The notes: a model not told the origin generated them from the sequence alone. 63,220 bases of DNA, filler included, from Reclinomonas americana ATCC 50394 (GCA_048213135.1; 6 parts of 5 records of this genome joined end to end with filler, not necessarily neighbours in it), one strand, 5' to 3'. Positions 27,846 to 40,351 are shown, numbered from the whole stretch's first letter. A program made the numbers and translations.

Positions 27846-28543
27846 TCACTGATCGTCGACACTGCCACTGCCACCACCAACGCCAGTGCCTGCGTCGCCA
27901 CCCACATCCCAAGTGCCAATAAAGTGCGGTCGATGTACCCGATTCGCCTGCGCATCGTACGCCGCTCGCACATGCAGACCCACCTGCTCCCCCTCCGCCG
28001 TCACTTGCACCTGCGCAGTCGTGAGCGACTCACACAGACACACTGACTGCAGGCCGAGTACAACACACCGTGATCCACAGAAACAATCCAGCCGCACTCG
28101 GCGCCGACTCGACCACCGTCTTCCGCTCGACAAACACGGAGAATCTGCGTCCAAGCGAGCTTTCCACACGCTCACGAACCTCATCACACACACTCTGTCG
28201 CTCCGACGCACTCAACAGCGGCACCACAGCTGCACACAAGCAATGAGGACAGAGAGAGAGACACACAGAGAATGGAGACAACAGACGCGCCTGATGCTTG
28301 CGGGCTCGCCTGCACAGCTGCGGGCGAGGTTGGCGGGTGTGTCTTGCGCGAGCCCACACGCCGGCCGCCTCTCTTGTTTACGGAGGGCGTGACCACCCAT
28401 CGTCGCCACATGTAACGCGCCGAGGCAAAGAGGACGGGCACCAGCGCAGCGGCCACTCCCAGTGCCATGCGCACGCCGTCGGTTGGTGCGGAACTTGGTC
28501 GAGGTGGCGCAGGTGGAGCGATGCGCGGGAGACGAAGCTGCAT
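27846..28543 (-). CDS. Small N-terminally membrane-anchored protein with stefin/cystatin-like C-terminal domain
   Basis: Hydrophobic MALGVAAALVPVLFASA, then QSVCDEVRERVESSLGRRFSVFVERKTVVESAPSAAGLFLWIT|VQVTAEGEQVGLHVRA, which follows the type-1 cystatin pattern but lacks QxVxG. The first intron is probably GC-AG. Confidence 0.5.
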
Positions 28544-28608
28544 CGGAGGGAAGAGAAGATAGAGTGGTGAAGAAGCAGAGGAATTTTCAGCAGTTGCATC
28601 GATTAACA
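28544..28608. promoter_or_regulatory. Very short (65 bp) divergent intergenic region, putative bidirectional promoter
   Basis: Lies between predicted ATGs at 28543 (-) and 28609 (+). Both starts are inferred. Confidence 0.4.
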
Positions 28609-29989
28609 ATGAGCGAGGAGGGAGAGAAGGCCACAGGTGTGTGTATATGCGCTGTGTGGCGTGTGTAACCTGTTGCTCACTGTGTGTGTCTGTGTGCAGT
28701 GCACGCGGGCGCCGCTCAGGTTCTCTCTCTCTCTCGTCTGCACACCGGAGTCATGATCACGATTTACTCACTCTCTCTCTGTTTCTCAGCTGGACGCGCT
28801 TGTGCGCACCGCCATGCAGGCACAGCAAGTGTATGCGCCGAATCTGGCGGATGGCTCGGGGAATGCGCTTCCGTCGGATCGGTTCCGTCGCACAGTGCAT
28901 CTGCTGCAGACGGTGACGCGTGGTTCTGCAGAGGAGCACTCGCGTATTCTCGCCGATGGGCAGTGGTGCGCACTCTCTCTGTCTATGCTTGTGGAGTCCT
29001 GCTTTTTTCTATTTACATTTGCATGCATTTTGTAAGGTTGGAGGCCGTCGACATTTATCACCGATATAGCGCCGTTCTGGTGCACTACTTCAAGGTTAGG
29101 GGTGACGATGTGCAGGCGCGCAAGTCTCCAGTGTTGCTGTGCCGACACTATTCTCTCTGTGTCTGTGTAGGTGTGGCAGCAGAGCGACACGCGCGAGGAC
29201 TTCTTCTATTGGTTGGACAAGGGCGAGGGCGCCGAGTTCACCATTGATGGCTCGAACGGCAAGCTGCCGCTGAATCGGGAGATTGCCTTTGAGAAGTTGA
29301 GTTGTGTGAGCGTAGTGTGGATGACTTTTGTAGCTGACGGGAGGGGAGGGCGCGCAGGTATCGTGTCAAGTACTGCAACGAGCACGAGCGACTGCAGTAC
29401 GTGGTGTCGGTGCGCGACGGGTTGCTGGTGTTTGAGCAGTCGGGGGAGCCAGTGGACACGGCTCAGGTCTCTCACGCACGCTGCTTGTCTGCATGTACGC
29501 ATAACTGCTGAACCACCCACCACAGGGCAAGTGGATCTTTGTGTTGGACAGCTCGTGCGTCATGTACGTGGGCCAGAAGAAGAAGGGTCGCTTTCACCAC
29601 AGCTCCTTCACGGCCGGCTCGCCGCTGTGGAGCGCGGGTCAGATTATGGCCGAGCAGGGTATGTTGAAGGCCCTGGAGCCGCACTCGGGTCACTACAAAC
29701 CGACACGTGCGACCTTTGAGTTCATGGTTTGCCACCCTCTCTTTTCCCTCTGCTCTTCTCCCAGCTTGCTCACGCATTCACCCGCGGTAAAACAAACTAG
29801 GTCCAGAAGCTGGCGGAGCGCGGGCTGGATCTGTCGCCGGAGCGCGTCCACATCGACTGGAGTGTGCTCGACCAGTCGTCCGGAGCGGGCACTTGCGCGT
29901 TGGAACACGACACGCACGGTAACGCTGGTGAAGTCGCCGGCATTGTCGCCGCTGCCGACGCGCCCGCCACACCCGCCGTCGCCGAGTAG
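28609..29989 (+). CDS. IQM-like (IQ calmodulin-binding motif family) conserved-domain protein
   Basis: QWLEAVDIYHRY, WQQSDTREDFFYWLDKGEG, VKYC..ER..Y.V.VRDGLL, KWIFVLD..YVGQKKKGRFHHSSFTAG, HSGHYKP. These are the conserved blocks of plant/fungal IQM proteins; seven introns. Confidence 0.88.
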
Positions 29990-30086
29990 AGGAAGCAGTT
30001 GTTATGATGATGAACTTCACACAAGTCGGTCGTCCCATTGTGTCGTTGAATCCTCCGTCCTTCCTGTCGTCAAGAAGAGAAGATCA

Positions 30087-32588
30087 ATGGCGAGCAGTAG
30101 CACAGACACAACAGACAAGTGTGGTCCGGGCCCAGGCGACGGCGATGAGGTGATGATTGTCAGTGGAGGCGAGGCCTCAGGATCTGGATCACAGGCGCCT
30201 GTGCGACCCATGATCAGCGTGGAAGTGCGCTACCGCAAGGATGTTACGTCTCTCCTCCCCTCTCTTCCTCTCCTCATGTTCTCTTTCTGTGGGGGCGAGT
30301 GTGCGATCTTTTTGGTGTTGTGAACAAGTGCGCGCGCGGGAAGAGAGTGATCATCATCATTGCCGACAACTGCTTCTGTAGGTGTTCACACTCCACTGCC
30401 CCGCGGACTCGGATGTGTCCTTCCTCAAGAATCTGATCGAGGAGGTGTGTGTGCTGTGGTTGCTTGCTGATGCCAGACAGAGTGATGTTGACGACCAGTT
30501 GTTTGTACACAGCTCACTGATGTGCCGCCTGAAGGGTTTGAGCTGCCTCTCTTCCTCTGCTGTGCGCTTTACATGTTACCCCACAAGTGCGTGTGTGCGT
30601 GTGGCACAGTCAAAAGCTCATTGGCCTCACCAAGGGCGCGCCACCAGCGGATTCGGTGCAAATTTTTACTTGTTTTTGGTCGCTTCTAGATCTCACCGCC
30701 ACTGACGGGAATCGCTCTGTCTGTGCAGGTGGCACTCACCGATCTGTATGCTCCGCCGCGTCTGCGAGTGATGCTCGTTGCGTTGCGCTCTTTCCCCCCC
30801 TCTTCTCCTCCTGCCCCTTTGTATTCATTCGGATATCATCGTTTTTTTTGCAGATTGGTGATCCCGTCAAGAGGGTGATTTTGGCGCCCGACGAGGTGGA
30901 GGGTGTGCCGATCTTGCTGGATGACTTTGACATGGATCAAGTGATGTCGGGTTTGTGATGTTTGTGCCTGTGGTGGCGAGCATCGTTGCACCTGCTAACT
31001 GCAAGCGTAGAGGAGGAGATCCGATCTAGAGGCGAGATCGAGCGCAGCCTGCAGGAGCGTGTGCGCAAGGTACGCTCAGAGAGAGGCAAAGAGAAGGAGT
31101 TTATTGTCACGGTGTGGTGACATTGCAAGCAGCTCGAGATCCACTTCATCACGCCACCGCGACCCGGACGAAAACTCCTGGTCCTCGACATTGGTTTGTT
31201 GTGTGACCGGTTTTACATCCCTCCCGTCGATATTGCATTCACTCCGTGTCTTCCACTCCCGCAGACTACACCATCTTTGACTGCAAGAGCACCGTGGAGA
31301 TTGCATGTTGCGTTCGCCACGAGCACTGTCTTGTGATTAGCTGTGGTATTGACGCGTGGGTCGATGCAGTGTGCAAGCGACCAGGCACCGATGAGCTCCT
31401 GTCGGCCGTGTACCCGTACTTTGATATTTGCTTCTGTTACGTGAATGCACGGCAGCCCGGGAAGGGTGTGGCGTGGCATTCACCGTGCATATATGCACAG
31501 GGAGTCAAACCAAGTGGACGTGGATCGAGGCCAAGCTCACGGAAATGGGACTGCTGACACCGGGCATGCCGTTCCGCGTTGGCTGGAGTTGCGTGCTGCG
31601 CCGCTGTCGCTGACATTATCATCTCTGACGCACCGTTGTGTCCCCAGTTCTGGACCGCACCATGATGTTCCCGGTGACATGGGTCGACAAGCACGGCGAG
31701 GAGAAGCGACATGAGGTGTGCTTGCTCACTCGCCTCTTTCGCGTGCTCCTTCACAGTCTCAATAATGCCTGTTGCTCTCGTGCGCACAGGTCAAGCCACT
31801 GGAGGTATGCTCGTCAAAGATTGATGACTTTGTGCTCTGACGCACACTGACATGCATCGTGCAGCTCATTTGGCGCAAACTCGGTCACTTGTACAGCAAG
31901 TTGCGGCAAGCGCAGCACGACATGCAGCACAGGGGGAGATTTGAGGGGCAGCGATGCATTTGAGGCCTATCCTTCGCTCTTTCCCACTTTGCATCGCCCC
32001 TCAACTTCTACCTCTCTGCTTCATGCCACTTGTTGCTCCTGCATCGCCCTCAGCGTCACTCCCGTTGCACTCTTATCACTGTTTCTCACTCCTCGTACAT
32101 CGCCCCCAACTTCCTCCAGTTTGTTTCCTGTTGCTCTTGCATCACTGCTTCTCTGCATCGCGCTTCGACTTCCACCTTACAGGTTCACATCGCATTCCTT
32201 TCCTCTCCTCTCTGGCATGTTCTTCGTTCCCTCAGCACTTCCCTCACCCTTCCTGCACTTTAGTTTGATTCGCACTCCCGCCACGACCCTTTCTCACACA
32301 CACTGCAACAGAGAGAACACCGTGCACGTCGACGATCTGGCACGCAACTTTGTGCTCAACCCTGCCAACGGAGTTGCGTATTCTCCCTCTGCCACATCGT
32401 CACCCCTTCCCCCGCTCACTCCCCGGACACAGATCCGAGTCCAGTCGTACAAGGAGGCAGAGACACGCTACGCAGACGACCGCGAGCTCGTGCTGCTGAC
32501 CAAGTACCTCGTGCAACGCGTGGCCCCACTGGCCGACGTCACCAGCGTCAGCCACAAGAACTGGCGCTCTGTAGCCGAGGAACTGTGA
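30087..32588 (+). CDS. UBLCP1: Ubiquitin-like domain-containing CTD phosphatase 1
   Basis: UBL domain (FLKNLIEELTDVPPEGQKLIGL), PPRPGRKLLVLDIDYTIFD (DxDxT), KRPG, FWSQTKWTWIEAKL, VKPLELIW, NTVHVDDLARNFVLNP, DDRELVLLTKYL; 15 introns. Confidence 0.95.
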
Positions 32589-32729
32589 TGACACCGCGGA
32601 CGACTTGCAGAGAGACAGCGCTCGTGTACACAAAATATATCGAGATTTGAACAGACACAGACAGAATTGAGAGGAGAACGGAAGGGATTGAGAGACAGGC
32701 AAGAGGATTAGGGAAGGCAGAGACGCAGA

Positions 32730-33581
<852 letters not shown>

Positions 33582-33849
33582 GATGACTTCGATCCACTCA
33601 CTCTCTCACACGATCGATGACAAAGGCAAACGCGAGCCGCTCGGAAGTGTGCAAAAGTGCGGGAAATCACTGTGAGTAACAATAACGGGGTCGGTGTGAG
33701 CGAGGTGTGTGCTCTCTTCACCTCTTGCTCTCTCTCTCCCTGTGCGGGATGTGCGCATGCTCGCACCCGTGTGTGTGTTTGTGCACAATGCGAGTTGAGA
33801 AGCACCATCAGGGCTCACACACACACTCTCTCTCTCTCTGTGTTGCAGC

Positions 33850-36800
33850 ATGGCTCTCCCGCGAGGACGATTCGTGTCTGTGCTGTGCGCAGTGGCATGC
33901 GCTGCGCTGTTGATGATCGGTTCGTGTTTTCCGCGTGTGTGAGAAGTGAGACAGAGAGTGCGAAAAAAAGTGTGTGTGTGACATGTGCGGAATACAGTGG
34001 TTTCGTCGCCGGCGCCGGCGTACTCGATTCAGCTGATCAACACGAGTACCATGGGTGTGGCGTTTTACCAGGCCGGATCCAAGAATCCGACACCGCCACT
34101 GCTGGCATCGTCGGCCAAGGCGCTGCTCATGCTGGCGCCCTACAATGCCGCCTACCTGCTGGAGTCCTGTTGCGTAGTGTGTGTGTGCGCGACTCACGGG
34201 AGAGGGAGCGTGCATCTCATGCGCATGTTCGTGTGTGTGTGCAGTGAACATCACGTCGCAGGCGCAAAAGATTTCGTCGACGAACCTCCCGGATCTCATC
34301 AATCTCGACACGGGCAAGTGGCCGGCGCTGTTTGATCTGTGCGCACCTGACGAGTCGCTGGTGTGCGTCACGTCGTCGAATGCGACGGGCATCTACTTGC
34401 GCCAGTTCTCTGTGGCCACACTGCACGACGTTCGCAGGCCACTGTTTCTCGACGGACAGCCCATCACTGGCGGTACGCCAAACCGCTGTCTCTCTCTCTC
34501 TCTCGCTCCGCCTCGCCCCCTCTTCTCATTCTCCTCGCAGTGCTAAACACCGTCAATCAGCATCTGCTGATCGTGGCCTCCAAGGGACCGACTGACCTGG
34601 TGCTGTACGATGTGGACCCGGCAACGTGGACGCTGGTGAAGACCTCGCCACTCGAGGCCAACGATGACCCACAGGTGGCTGGTTTCAATCCACACACGTC
34701 TGACCTGCTGCTCGGCTCCTCCAAGGCCTCTGTCGGCATTGTGCGATACGCCACCGCCGGCGCCGCCGTCAAGCGTCTCGGCAATCTGGCGCTGCCGTCG
34801 GCGTTGGTGTCGCCAATCATTGTCGACAGTGAGCATGACATGGGATACGCCGGCACCGGCGTCGGCACTCTGCTAAAGGTGAATCTCACGGCTGTGCCGC
34901 CGCCCCCGCCACCCAACAACACCTTGTCGGAGATGCTTCTCCTGGGCGACGACTACGCGGACTGGTATTCTGCGCCGGCCCCTCACTACTGGCAGTTGGA
35001 TCTGCCGGGATACATTAGCGTCGGCGGCATCGACTTTACCAACGCACAGGGCTACTTCTCCGAGGCCGCCAAGTCGCCGATGTACATTGTCGACATGGTG
35101 ACGTTCCAGAAGGTGAAAAACATTGACACGGAAAGTTGCGTCCATCCACCCTCTCTCCCCTCTCTCCCCGTCCCTCCCTTCATCACACTCACTCTCTCGT
35201 GTCGCCGACAGTCACTGGCATTGTTGTTGGCCCCGCCGCCACGGCGATCACCGCACTGCACCAACCACGCTTTATCGACACGTGGGAATTGTCGGCGGCT
35301 GATGTTGCGTGTGTCCCCCCCATCTGTTTCTTGTTGTGAGGGATTGAGACTGAGTTTGATTCCGACTGCACCCAGCCGGTGTCGAGCGTGACCTTTACAT
35401 CGACCACCAGCACCACTGCCGTGCTGTCGTGGACTGACCCCATTTACAACGGCGGACTGGCCATTACCGAATATCAAGTGGAGGTGTGTGTGTGTGAGCG
35501 TGCGTGTGCAGAGTGATGGGATCCCATACGGTACTGATCGCGAATGCGTGCAGGTTTCGACCAAGAACACATTCCCGGTGAACACGACGCACGTTCCCGG
35601 CTCCGCTGCCAACCAGCTGTCGCTCACCAATTTGTTGGCGGGCACCAAGTACTACGCCCGTGTGGCTCCAGTCAATGCAATGGGTCGTTCCGACTGGCTC
35701 ACCCAGACGGGCGCCACCATTCGTGAGTCACTCATTTACTGTCATTCCTTCTTTATTTCCGCTTGCGCGCTCACATCGAGGTCGATACGTAGCGAGCACA
35801 CCAAAGACGCTCACAACGCCGACGATTGCCGACATTTCGGTGTCACTGTCATGGACGCTGCCGGTCGACGGCAATGCGTTCCTCACGAATCACCTCGTGC
35901 AGTACTCTACGTCGGCGACATTCACGAGCCCAGTGTCGATCCTCACCAACTCCACTCTGCCGTCGTTCACCGTCACCAAGCTCACACTGGGAGTCAAGGT
36001 GCGTGTGACCACAGCGTCTGATTGTGTATCTCTCTTTGTCTCACACTCTGTTGTGCAGTATTACTTCCAAGTGGCATCGATGAATGCCGGTGGTCGTAGT
36101 GCTTACTCCGGCAGCGTCAGTGCCACGACCAAGAGTGCGTACTCGACCGTCATCACTGTCGCCCACTCCTTTATTCGTTTCCCACTCATTCACACTGCTG
36201 TTTCGATTCGCAGCCGTCGTGCCGGATCCACCGAAAAAGCCTGGTGCCACCAAGGTTCAGGGACACGCTCTGACGCTGACCTGGGATCCAGCACACGATG
36301 GTGGCACGTCCATCACACAGTACGCCGTGCAAGTATCGCAGTCGTTTGGTTTCTCCGACAACCTGCAGTTTGAGTCGACCATGTTTCGTGCCTCGTGCCG
36401 ACTGTTTTTTTTTATTTCCTCGTGTAATATGTCATTTTGATCTCACCACGCAATGCGCAGTCCGATGCTGAACGTGACTGGTCTGTACGGCGGTACGCAG
36501 TACTATTTCCGAGTTGCCGCACGCAATGCTGTCGGACTGGGTCCGTACAGCTCGGCCTTGGGACCCGTGACGACACTTCGTTGCGTGTGGAGGGGTCGTT
36601 CGTGAACCTGCCGCCGCCGTGTATTGACAGTCTGCTGTGCAGCCACTGAGCCGTCGGCGCCGTACAAGCCCTCGGTGTCACAGATCACGAGCATGGTCGA
36701 CAGCCAAGTGCAATTTGTGTGGAACAAGGGCAACTCGACGGGCGGCTCGCCAATCTCGCAGTTGCGTCGTCGTTCACCTCGGGCTTCACTTTGCATCGTG

Positions 36801-37698
36801 TTTCGCTGACAGAAACACTTGCGTGCAGCTATCGCATCTCCTACCGCCGGAGGCCAGTGGTGGGCCAGGACGGGCAGGAGACCACGGGTTACGTGGACTC
36901 GACGACTCCCGACACTCAGCTGCTGGTGAGCGTGGAGGATCTCGGTGGTGGAGCGTCGTTCTGGATCTCCTCTGCCGTGTCGGCCGTCAACACACTCGGA
37001 TCGAGCCCGCTGAGCCCCTACAGTGGCGAGGTCGAAGTCTTCACGGACGTGTCGCCGCCTGGCTCGCTCAACATTGGCCTCATCATTGGAGGTGTGGCGC
37101 GCTCTCTGGATCTGCGCAGATACAGTACCCCTGCTCATCCGTATGTCGTGTGTGTACGCGCAGTGGTGGTTGGCGGTGTCGCATTTGCGGCCATTGTGAC
37201 AATTGTGATTGTGTATGTGGTTCGGCGCCGTCGCCGTGCATTGGGCACCGAGCCCGACGAGCCGCAGCCGAAGCGCCAGCGCCGCGGACGAGTTGCGTCG
37301 AGTCGTCCGCCTCACTGCTCACACTCACAAAATACACATCGGTGGCTAACATTGTGGCCCCTTTCCCCTGCAGGTCCGCCTCCTCGACGACACCGACGAC
37401 GGAGTTGGCGACGGCTACGGCACCGCTGCGCCCTCCGCTCCTGACCCACTGCCACCTGCGCCCGCCGTCACAGCAGCTTCTGCACGCCCCGCTCCCGCCC
37501 CACGTGCGNNNNNNNNNNNNNNNNNNNNNNNNNNNNNNNNNNNNNNNNNNNNNNNNNNNNNNNNNNNNNNNNNNNNNNNNNNNNNNNNNNNNNNCAGCCG
37601 TCGTCGGCAGCTCCGGCAGCGCGATCACCACCGGCACCTGCGTCAAGGCCGGCGCGCCAGACAGTGGACACGGTGGACATTTGAGCGTCCGTCGTTAG
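33850..37698 (+). CDS. Type I membrane protein: signal peptide, beta-rich ectodomain, four FN3 domains, TM helix, short cytoplasmic tail
   Basis: Signal peptide MALPRGRFVSVLCAVACAALLMI; FN3 motifs (LSWTDPIYNGGLAITEY..L..GTKYYARV..VN..G.S) four times; TM IGLIIGVVVGGVAFAAIVTIVIVYVV followed by RRRRR. 3' end uncertain because of the gap. Confidence 0.8.
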
Positions 37699-37745
37699 TA
37701 TTTAGAAGATCAAAGGAACAGAATGGGGGGGTTGTGTTGTGTCGT

Positions 37746-38833
37746 TTATCTTGTTGGCTTCTGCTTTCTCGGAATCTTGGTTGGTGCTGGCTTGCGACTG
37801 CGAGGGAGGCACACGGCGGAGGGAGTGAGAATAGCGGAGAGAAATATTGAAAATTTTGTTGTTGAGTTCACGCACCTCTTGCCTTCCTTGTACCATTGCG
37901 GCCTAAAGTGCCGCTTAAACGAGGTGAACGACTGCCAGTCGGGAGCGCCGACGCGATCCAGAAGCGACGGACACAGGTCGACGGGAACCGTGAAATCCCA
38001 ACACGAGTCCTCATCCCAGCGACAATTGTAGTTGCCGAGGAAGGCCACATGCGATGCCGTGCCAGCCTGCTGACCGAGATACGCGGCCTGGTGTGCGTGC
38101 AGGGTGACATGAGCAAACGGAGACGTGAGTGCGATGGGATCACAGCTGGCTTCGCCGCGTCGTCGCGCACCTGCGTTCCAAACGACGAGCCGTCGGTAAT
38201 CAGGGCCACATCTGACACGGACAAGAGGAAAAAGTCGGCCAGCGTGCGATCAATGGCCTCCAGTTCCGCACGACTGCCACCAGCCTCGTCGGTGTGCACC
38301 ACCACTTTTTTCGAGATAGAGGAGGCGATCGCCGAGGAGGCGGCGGAAGTTGGTCGCCACCTCCTCCCCATCCGTGGTGAGAAACAGCTTGACCGGACGA
38401 CCGCCAGTGAGCGCAGTGTTCTCCGCAATCTCCTCAAAGCACCGAAAGAAGAGCTCGTCTTGCCCAAAGTGCAGATACTCGATGCGCAGCTGTGCGCCCA
38501 CCACAAACGACCCGGCGAACTCCTCACGCAACGGTGCCATCACCGACGACAAGTGCTCCGACGGCTTTAGCAGGTGATACAATCTGTTCGGCGTGCACTC
38601 GCGTGGTGAGCAGCAGGTGGTGAGGGAGAGTATGTCAGCAGCACGCAACAGCGGCGCGTGATTCATCTCGCGGCCCGAGTGCGGCGCATGCTGCAGCTGT
38701 GCCTTGATGAGTGACAGAAACGACTTGTGCGTCAGCGATCGCAGCATCGGCTGAAACACGACTGCATCGCCGCTGAGCTGCAGCATGTGCATCAGGTGTG
38801 GATAATAGTCCGCCAGCTCCTCCTCCACCGTTC
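37746..38833 (-). CDS. GT-B fucosyltransferase-like (GT37/GT74-type) gene, 5' truncated, one apparent +1 frameshift
   Basis: LYHLLKPS, VVGAQLR, KLFLTTD, VVHTD and TLADFFLLSVSDVALITDGSSFG are fucosyltransferase motifs. The frame breaks at an A6 run (38306-38311). Confidence 0.7.
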
Positions 38834-38912
38834 CTGACACGCACATGACACAAAAAATCAGCCACCTCNNNNNNNNNNNNNNNNNNNNNNNNNNNNNNNN
38901 NNNNNNNNNNNN

Positions 38913-38924
38913 TTAATTAATTAA
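38913..38924. other. Artificial scaffold linker
   Basis: TTAATTAATTAA within Ns. Confidence 0.97.
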
Positions 38925-39573
38925 NNNNNNNNNNNNNNNNNNNNNNNNNNNNNNNNNNNNNNNNNNNNCTCGGATGAGGTTCGCTCGCGGCGTTGATACA
39001 AGGGACGTGTTGTCTGGAGTGCGGAAGGGTCGGAAGAATGCGTGCGCGCGGTCGGGACGATCGGAATAACATGGCGAGCTGCTACTGCTGGGCCGGCACA
39101 CCTTGCAGAGTCTCGAGAGGCCGTATGCGGTGTAAGCGTGACCCTCTTGTGGCTCGTCATCCCACATGGTGTTGCCAGTAAGCCTGCCAAAGTGCAGCTG
39201 GTTTTGATAACAAAAATATTACTGTTTTGTTCTCCTCTCTCCTGTCTGCTCGCAGTTGGAGTGCCGACAAGCTCATTCGTGCGCGATTAGGCGCAGTGCA
39301 CGTTCTCGCTGTTTCTTCTCTCGCATGGCAATGGACAACGAGTTTCTAGTCGTTTTTCTAAGTGTTTTACATTCTACCATACACCACCAGCAACAAGAAG
39401 CAAACAAAATTGGTGCCAACAAGCCATGCAGGCACGCAGGCACACAGACACCGAATCGCATAACATCGTGATCGCGGTGCTGCTCCGTGCGCGCCATTCA
39501 TGCTGGCACTCGAAAAGGAACCAAAAACGTTCTTGTTGCGGCCCAAGGGGCACGCGTGCGCAGCGCCTGTTGT

Positions 39574-39833
39574 CTACTCCGAGCGCGCCACGCTTTCCAG
39601 CGTCTGCTCGAACTCGCGCACGAGGGTGTTGAACTCGCGGACATCGCGAGCGTTGGTGGAGCTGTGTGTGCGGAACGCGGCCTCCACAGTGCCAAACAGC
39701 TGCACGCACAACAAAAACTCACGAGTAAGCCACCATTTCTACTTCAGGAGCCACCTCCGCCACACCACCACCACCACCACCGCGCTGGCCAAGTTTCCCT
39801 GCAAATTCGTTAACCACACACCCCGTCCTTCTC

Positions 39834-39893
<60 letters not shown>

Positions 39894-40351
39894 CGCTCTC
39901 TCTCGTTTGTCAAACAACGCACCAGTGACAACTGGGAGACCGCACGATCCAGCACCGTACGACTGCGTGGGTTGTCCATGCGCCGTCCACCACGAGTCTG
40001 GTGCATGCGCATCGAGGTCAGGGCGGCCTCCAGCACACCCGCGTCCATCGTGCTCTCGCGTGCCTGTGCGCTTCTGTGTGAGCTCAAGCACAATATAGAG
40101 AGAGATGGATAGGGAGAAGGGTCACGCACCTTGATCACGTGGCGCAGCAGCTGCTTCCAGCTGCGAAAGTTCTTGCGCGCACTCTCGTACTCGTCCATCA
40201 TGGCCTGCGTCGGGGTGCTCGGCATCGACAGTGACTGGCGAGCCTCCAGCTCCTCTTCAGCGTCCCAAGCAGACACCGAACACACCAGCAGCACCACCAT
40301 AAACGCGCACAGCGCCAGCACCAGCAGCAGTGGTCTCGTCATCTTGGTCAT
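39574..40351 (-). CDS. Hypothetical secreted helical protein (exon structure uncertain)
   Basis: MTKMTRPLLLVLALCAFMVVLLVCSVSA signal peptide, helical exons, and a last exon LFGTVEAAF..FEQTLESVARSE*. Middle exon phases do not resolve cleanly. Confidence 0.4.

Noticed and set aside
38306-38311. Programmed frameshift or pseudogene in the fucosyltransferase-like gene
   Set aside because: Removing one A from the A6 run restores LEKVVVHTD. A homopolymer sequencing error is the simplest explanation; reads are needed to confirm.
38969-39330. Possible 5' exons of another minus-strand gene
   Set aside because: One plausible intron but too short and truncated, with no recognisable motif.
39838-39904. 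(CT)n(CG)n tract with Z-DNA potential
   Set aside because: An intronic simple repeat in a microsatellite-rich genome; no evidence of function.
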